Part shown: piece after piece, positions 51,318-57,595 of the stretch
Position numbering within the stretch: position 1 is the first letter of the stretch
Layout: each line of letters starts with the position of its first letter
From: Nemertoderma westbladi
Lineage: Eukaryota > Animalia > Xenacoelomorpha
Direction: 5' to 3'
DNA: 57,595 nt
Assembly: GCA_032718475.1 (NCBI GenBank)
Contig: JAUCBJ010008786.1
Location: forward strand, 1 to 57,595
The notes under the pieces: generated by a model
Told to the model about the DNA's origin: nothing
Database searches by the model: none
The model's input: only the letters and a program-made list of their open reading frames with translations
Position numbers and translations under genes: made by a program

Positions 51318-53271
51318 AAGTATATCGTGGTAGAGTAGAGTAGACACGACGAGACACCGCCTACCGATACAGTAAGTATATCGTGGTAGAGTAGAGTAGA
51401 CACGACGAGACACCGCCTACCGATACAGTAAGTATATCGTGGTAGAGTAGAGTAGACACGACGAGACACCGCCTACCGATACAGTAAGTATATCGTGGTA
51501 GAGTAGACACGGCGAGACACCGCCTACCGATACAGTAAGTATATCGTGGTAGAGTAGAGTAGACACGACGGGACACCGCCTACCGATACGGTAAGTATAT
51601 CGTGGTAGAGTAGACACGACGGGACACCGCCTACCGATACAGTAAGTATATCGTGGTAGAGTAGAGTAGACACGACGAGACACCGCCTACCGATACAGTA
51701 AGTATATCGTGGTAGAGTAGAGTAGACACGACGAGACACCGCCTACCGATACAGTAAGTATATCGTGGTAGAGTAGAGTAGACACGACGAGACACCGCCT
51801 ACCGATACAGTAAGTATATCGTGGTAGAGTAGAGTAGACACGACGGGACACCGCCTACCGATACAGTAAGTATATCGAGGTAGAGTAGAGTAGACACGAC
51901 GAGACACCGCCTACCGATACAGTAAGTATATCGTGGTAGAGTAGAGTAGACACGACGAGACACCGCCTACCGATACAGTAAGTATATCGTGGTAGAGTAG
52001 AGTAGACACGACGAGACACCGCCTACCGATACAGTAAGTATATCGTGGTAGAGTAGAGTAGACACGATGGGACACCGCCTACCGATACAGTAAGTATATC
52101 GTGGTAGAGTAGAGTAGACACGACGAGACACCGCCTACCGATACAGTAAGTATATCGAGGTAGAGTAGACACGACGGGACACCGCCTACCGATACAGTAA
52201 GTATATCGTGGTAGAGTAGAGTAGTCACGACGAGACACCGCCTACCGATACAGTAAGTATATCGAGGTAGAGTAGACACGACGGGACACCGCCTACCGAT
52301 ACAGTAAGTATATCGTGGTAGAGTAGAGTAGACACGACGAGACACCGCCTACCGATACAGTAAGTATATCGTGGTAGAGTAGAGTAGACACGACGAGACA
52401 CCGCCTACCGATACAGTAAGTATATCGTGGTAGAGTAGAGTAGACACGATGGGGCACCGCCTACCGATACAGTAAGTATATCGTGGTAGAGTAGAGTAGA
52501 CACGACGAGACACCGCCTACCGATACAGTAAGTATATCGTGGTAGAGTAGAGTAGACACGACGGGACACCGCCTACCGATACAGTAAGTATATCGTGGTA
52601 GAGTAGAGTAGACACGATGAGACACCGCCTACCGATACAGTAAGTATATCGTGGTAGAGTAGAGTAGACACGACGGGACACCGCCTACCGATACAGTAAG
52701 TATATCGTGGTAGAGTAGAGTAGACACGACGAGACACCGCCTACCGATACAGTAAGTATATCGTGGTAGAGTAGAGTAGACACGATGGGACACCGCCTAC
52801 CGATACAGTAAGTATATCGTGGTAGAGTAGAGTAGACACGACGGGACACCGCCTACCGATACAGTAAGTATATCGTGGTAGAGTAGAGTAGACACGACGA
52901 GACACCGCCTACCGATACAGTAAGTATATCGTGGTAGAGTAGAGTAGACACGACGGGACACCGCCTACCGATACAGTAAGTATATCGTGGTAGAGTAGAG
53001 TAGACACGACGAGACACCGCCTACCGATACGGTAAGTATATCGTGGTGGAGTAGAGTAGACACGACGAGACACCGCCTACCGATACAGTAAGTATATCGT
53101 GGTAGAGTAGACACGACGAGACACCGCCTACCGATACAGTAAGTATATCGTGGTAGAGTAGAGTAGACACGACGGGACACCGCCTACCGATACAGTAAGT
53201 ATATCGTGGTAGAGTAGAGTAGACACGACGAGACACCGCCTACCGATACAGTAAGTATATCGTGGTAGAGT
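51318..53271 (+). repeat. 51/56-bp exon-junction satellite, right block (about 35 units)
   Basis: Same unit as the left block. It ends GTAAGTATATCGTGGTAGAGT and runs into unique intron sequence TTGTGTTT. Confidence 0.98.
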
Positions 53272-53344
53272 TTGTGTTTAGTAGCTCGCAAGTAACGCTG
53301 TGGGGTGTCGTTAATCAAACCTGCGCCTTTTATAGTCAACGCAG

Positions 53345-53582
53345 TTAGCAAGCAAACAGTCGGCCGAAGCCGGAGGCGACCCGAGGGCTCCTCTTTCGAT
53401 AGCTGTTACCCGAAGGTAGGGGTGGGCGCTACTCCTACCCCAAGATTTGCTCCCAGTTATTTAACTAGTACTAATTTTATCGACCCCAGTGGATGAAAGG
53501 CTGAGTGGACCCTGGCGGGGCTGAACCTACCGGTGCAACCAATAGATTGAAGGTCCTGCGCTCAACCAACCTTTGTCAACGC
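53345..53582 (-). mobile_element. tRNA-derived SINE-like element
   Basis: The - strand has A-box-like TGACAAAGGTTGG and B-box-like GGTTCAGCCCC, a core CAGCCTTTCATCCACTGGGGTCGATAAAATTAGTAC that resembles widespread metazoan SINE cores (from memory), and a short (TTGC)n tail. Confidence 0.6.
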
Positions 53583-53791
53583 AGTACTCGTCTCTATAAC
53601 TCCATTACAAGCCTCAGTTCGATCGTCCTGTATTGTCTAAAATATTTCTCCTAAACGTAGTGTCGACAATTTAAACCAACTATGTATTATTGAAACTCCC
53701 CGGGTAACTGCTGGTTGATACAAACCAATATACACACCCCCATACTATATATAGGCTACGATTACTTTTGATAAAATAATTTGATTTTTAG

Positions 53792-53992
53792 CTTGTTGGA
53801 AACTTTCTGGATATAACGGACTGGACGATGGGCGATTCCACTGATACGGCCTGGCAGGAGGTGCTGGTGAATGATCCCGAGGCGGCCTATAAGGTAACCA
53901 AAGAGGTTGAGGATCTATTGGTGGATTATTCTAGAACATTACCTTCGGTGTCTGGCAACGGAGATCCATTTACAAAGATCGGGAAAAACACG
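53792..53992 (+). CDS. Adhesion GPCR internal exon 4 (GAIN subdomain A, continued)
   Basis: TTTTTAG| acceptor in phase 0, then 201 nt LVGNFLDITDWTMGDSTDTAWQEVLVNDPEAAYKVTKEVEDLLVDYSRTL...KIGKNT, and donor ACG|GTTAG. It fits the GAIN pattern F..T...L....W.......A..L...VE. Not present in the ORF track. Confidence 0.8.
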
Positions 53993-54514
53993 GTTAGCTG
54001 TTACTGATGTATTCATATTGTTACATTATATCAACTTAACAGCGTTCTGGTGAATTACTCGTAACGCTGCAAAGTACTACCTTGCAGCGTTGCGGCCTAT
54101 AGGACGGAACGCTGTAAAGTAATCAATGACATGGAAAAACAACTTCAATTACCGTATTCCAGAATGTATTATTTACATTTATATTAATGCACGCTTCTGT
54201 ATTCTATAAAGCAGCACGTTTTTGCATAATGCGTTCGTCCAGTTTGACGTGACGGGACTACATGACATCAAGCATGACATGACTCGAAGCAGTCATCATC
54301 AACATCACTGACTAGTTGATATTATCCCTTAGTAACCCCTTAAATAAGGTTTATAGTCCTAAAAATAAAATACTTATTATAAATAAAATCATAAATCACA
54401 AATAAATAACAATATATAACAGTATAGATAATTAATTAACATAACAAATAATGCCAAAAAATCGCAGTCGGCCGTATTTGCTTTTTACTCATTCGGCACT
54501 TCTAACACATCCTA

Positions 54515-54645
54515 GACTATCCTATCTTATACTCTATCCTCCGATCATCAAGCAAAGCAATATCATATCATGTCCTACCCTATCCTTCTATCCTAAACTA
54601 TCCTATCCTAACCCTATCCTATATAACCCTATTCTAATCTAACTA
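54515..54645. repeat. Degenerate (CTATC)n low-complexity tract
   Basis: Repeated CTATC/CCTAT words. Confidence 0.6.
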
Positions 54646-56035
54646 CTGTATATCCATGTCCTGCCCCTTCCTCTGAAATATCCATCCACCCTCCCTGGTG
54701 GGCAGCCTTTTTACTAGCAATGCTATTAGGCTGCCCTCCTTGCGACCTTAGCTCTAACCTACTCTCAACCTTAGATTTACCAGAGTCCTTGGGTATTCTG
54801 CTTGAGCAACTGGAGCCATACAAAGTCCTAATAAGACCTAAAATACCTAACAAGAAATGATTAACAACACCAGAAAAACTGAGTGAATACTAGAGGTCTC
54901 GCTTCGCGGACCTAAAAATAATTTATTTTACAAAAATAAAGTTTATTTATTTAAAGTGCCGACTTCGTATGGAGTTTGGAAGTGGTGTATTCGCAAATAG
55001 AGATACATTTCCTTTTAAACTGCTTGACGCTGATTGGTCCATGTTTCAGGGTGAATTACATTGCCAATGTTGATTGACCAATGAGCTGCTGGCAGCTTTG
55101 CTTGTTTCTCCCTTATTGGGTTAGTGGAAAGCCTGATTGTATGGAGTGTCACATTCTGATGTGCTGTGTATCACATAGAGTTGATCACATACAACGGACC
55201 TACCGGCCTCGAGTACCGTATGTTAGAGTGAAACAGGAGGGAAGTACAAATAAATAAATATTCAGCTCGAGTATTGCTGCATGGTGTTAATAATTAAATG
55301 AATTGAAGTTGAGCTGTTAATACAACTGTAATTATGGTTATGTTCAGAAATGGAAATAATTAGGAAGTACGTCACCGGGGGTTGAACCAGCGCCTTAGCT
55401 AAGGTTCATTTATGCAACCGGACCCCGGTCTACAACATCAAGTCAAGTTAATAAAGTTAAATCATTGCAACTATAATTTATTAATATATTGTAAATATTA
55501 ACCAAACATAAACCAATAACCAAACCATATAACATATACAGTAAACTGGTAACATATAGCAGTTGTGTTTAATGAATCTTTTAGAACTGTAGGCCAAGGT
55601 ACATAGTATCTCTTCTACAACTCATTGGGAATTCAAACTGCAAAATAAATAATAAAAACGTTAATGTAAATAATTTCATAGTAAATAAAACGATAACATA
55701 TTTATTCAGGAACTACAGTAATATTAATCAGGAACTTTTCACCCAAATATATTATATCGTATTGTTTATTTATTTTCCATATAGAAATGTTATACGAAAT
55801 ACTTTAAAGCAACCAAATAGCAGAATATTTCATGGAGATGGTGATGGAGGTCATTAGGAATTTAGTGAAATAAAATTAAATCTTTAATATTAAATTGTTC
55901 ACACATTGCGTTTCCTACCCGCGGTAAGTGGTTTTACTCGTAGAATAAAAATTAATTTTATAATTAAATATAAAAGTTAGTTTCCAACGCTACTCTATTG
56001 AAATTATTCAGTAATTATATATAATATTTACAGTT

Positions 56036-56689
56036 TTACTCAAGCCAAATCTTCATTTCAACTCGAGAAGCCGGATTCCTTCCAGTAAAATGTAACCAAT
56101 TAGGTCCACACGTTTCCCCCGTACCGTATTCTCCGTTCAAGTTACTGCTCGCCTTTCCGTTGTACCACCACGCCCCAGTACGTTGTACGGCGAGGTTGTA
56201 GTAGTCACTATCATTATCGCGGTCCATGGTAGAGAATGGCACACCGTTTTGCCTCCCCATTGCGTCACCAGCAGTACCATGGTAACCGGATATACGTAGG
56301 CGATAATTAGTTGCAGCTGATCCGACCTCGAATTTGTCGTATATCGCGTATTTGTGTACGTTTCTGTAATGCTTGGACTTCATCCATATACCGTCAAACC
56401 CATTGGGATCTTCATAACCCATTCCAGTGAACCACAAATCGACTCTCAACTTCACCACGATGTGACTCAGCTCGTGGATCTCCTCCAACCCCAACCAAAA
56501 ATTGGTATTCTTGTCGCCAAATCCATTAACGTATTCGTTCCAGTTACGGTAAAAGTCAACAGATCCATCAACTCTTTGTTGAATCTTTACCCCGGCCCAC
56601 ATCAACCTTTGCGGATAATGGGGATAGATAGATCTTTTGTTTAACATGCTTTGGGTGGTAGCCAGATCTACTTCTTCTTGGTCATTATC
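56036..56689 (-). CDS. Terminal exon of a fibrinogen-related (FReD/FBG C-terminal domain) protein
   Basis: Motifs IQQRVDGSVDFYRNWNEYVNGFG, FWLGLEEIH, LRVDL, YHGTAGDAM, FSTMDRDND, GAWWY..SNLNG and EMKI. The frame extends 14 codons upstream of the ATG to a TTTTAG acceptor at 56691-56690. Confidence 0.92.
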   Translation of the reverse strand, partial: DNDQEEVDLATTQSMLNKRSIYPHYPQRLMWAGVKIQQRVDGSVDFYRNWNEYVNGFGDKNTNFWLGLEEIHELSHIVVKLRVDLWFTGMGYEDPNGFDGIWMKSKHYRNVHKYAIYDKFEVGSAATNYRLRISGYHGTAGDAMGRQNGVPFSTMDRDNDSDYYNLAVQRTGAWWYNGKASSNLNGEYGTGETCGPNWLHFTGRNPASRVEMKIWLE

Positions 56690-56793
56690 CTAAAACAATA
56701 ATTATTGTGTAACTTTAAATTATTTATCTATTTATTCGATAATACTTTAGCTTTCATCATTAGATAAAAATACGAAGCAATTTTGCATAGGTA

Positions 56794-57595
56794 TAGACTT
56801 ACTCGCACATTTATTTAATAAGGTTGGTAGACTTACTCACACATTTATTTAATAAGGCTGGTAGGCTTACTCACACATTTATTTAATAAGGCTGGTAGGC
56901 TTACTCACACATTTATTTAACAAGGCTGGTAGGCTTACTCACACATTTATTTAATAAGGCTGGTAGGTAGGCTTACTCACACATTTATTTAATAAGGCTG
57001 GTAGGCTTACTCACACATTTATTTAATAAGGCTGGTAGGCTTACTCACACATTTATTTAACAAGGCTGGTAGGCTTACTCACACATTTATTTAATAAGGC
57101 TGGTAGGTAGGCTTACTCACACATTTATTTAACAAGGCTGGTAGGCTTACTCACACATTTATTTAATAAGGCTGGTAGGTAGGCTTACTCACACATTTAT
57201 TTAATAAGGCTGGTAGGCTTACTCACACATTTATTTAATAAGGCTGGTAGGCTTACTCACACATTTATTTAACAAGGCTGGTAGGCTTACTCACACATTT
57301 ATTTAATAAGGCTGGTAGGTAGGCTTACTCACACATTTATTTAATAAGGCTGGTAGGCTTACTCACACATTTATTTAATAAGGCTGGTAGGCTTACTCAC
57401 ACATTTATTTAACAAGGCTGGTAGGCTTACTCACACATTTATTTAATAAGGCTGGTAGGTAGGCTTACTCACACATTTATTTAATAAGGCTGGTAGGCTT
57501 ACTCACACATTTATTTAATAAGGCTGGTAGGCTTACTCACACATTTATTTAACAAGGCTGGTAGGCTTACTCACACATTTATTTAATAAGGCTGG
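56794..57595. repeat. 34/38-bp minisatellite (GGCTTACTCACACATTTATTTAATAAGGCTGGTA), continuing past the window end
   Basis: Directly visible. The 38-bp variant has an extra GGTA, and AAT/AAC variants alternate in a higher-order pattern. Confidence 0.97.

Noticed and set aside
13000-53236. Scores of - strand ORFs (MSRRVYSTLPRYTYC...)
   Set aside because: They are translations of the satellite, and their lengths depend only on the 51/56-bp unit order.
13114-53271. CRISPR array or canonical recursive-splicing sites
   Set aside because: There are no unique spacers or cas genes, and the context is eukaryotic. Recursive sites need a pyrimidine tract plus AG|GT, but here CAG and GT share one G (CAGT).
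54063-54091. Perfect 10-bp hairpin AACGCTGCAA/TTGCAGCGTT
   Set aside because: Possibly a transposon remnant, but no termini, TSD or second copy could be identified.
55050-55073. Candidate next GPCR exon after TTTCAG (GELHCQC)
   Set aside because: It has a stop after 7 codons and no donor.

Overview
This is AT-rich eukaryotic DNA, probably from an invertebrate animal, and about 70% of it is tandem repeat. Most of the listed ORFs are artefacts of those repeats. On the + strand, four phase-compatible exons (9608-9858, 11840-12080, 12913-13113, 53792-53992) encode part of an adhesion-GPCR ectodomain: Ig-like half domain, hormone-receptor (HRM) domain, then GAIN subdomain A. The 40.7-kb intron after the third exon is mostly a 51/56-bp satellite made by amplifying that exon's own 3' end plus its splice donor (ACA|GTAAGTAT), roughly 550 times by length estimate. 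An intact 9.2-kb APE/RT non-LTR retrotransposon (42108-51317) is inserted directly after one GTAAGT. Its very large ORF1 fuses a Ser/Thr repeat and a Ulp1/C48 (SUMO-protease-like) domain with unusual active-site substitutions to a normal coiled-coil/RRM ORF1. Also present: a 7.3-kb 15-bp satellite, two tRNA-derived SINE-like elements, two copies of a hAT-like MITE, a decayed CRE-like retrotransposon 3' end, and the last exon of a fibrinogen-domain gene on the - strand. That gene's upstream intron holds a second donor-containing (34-bp) satellite. All domain calls come from motif recognition by eye, not database searches.
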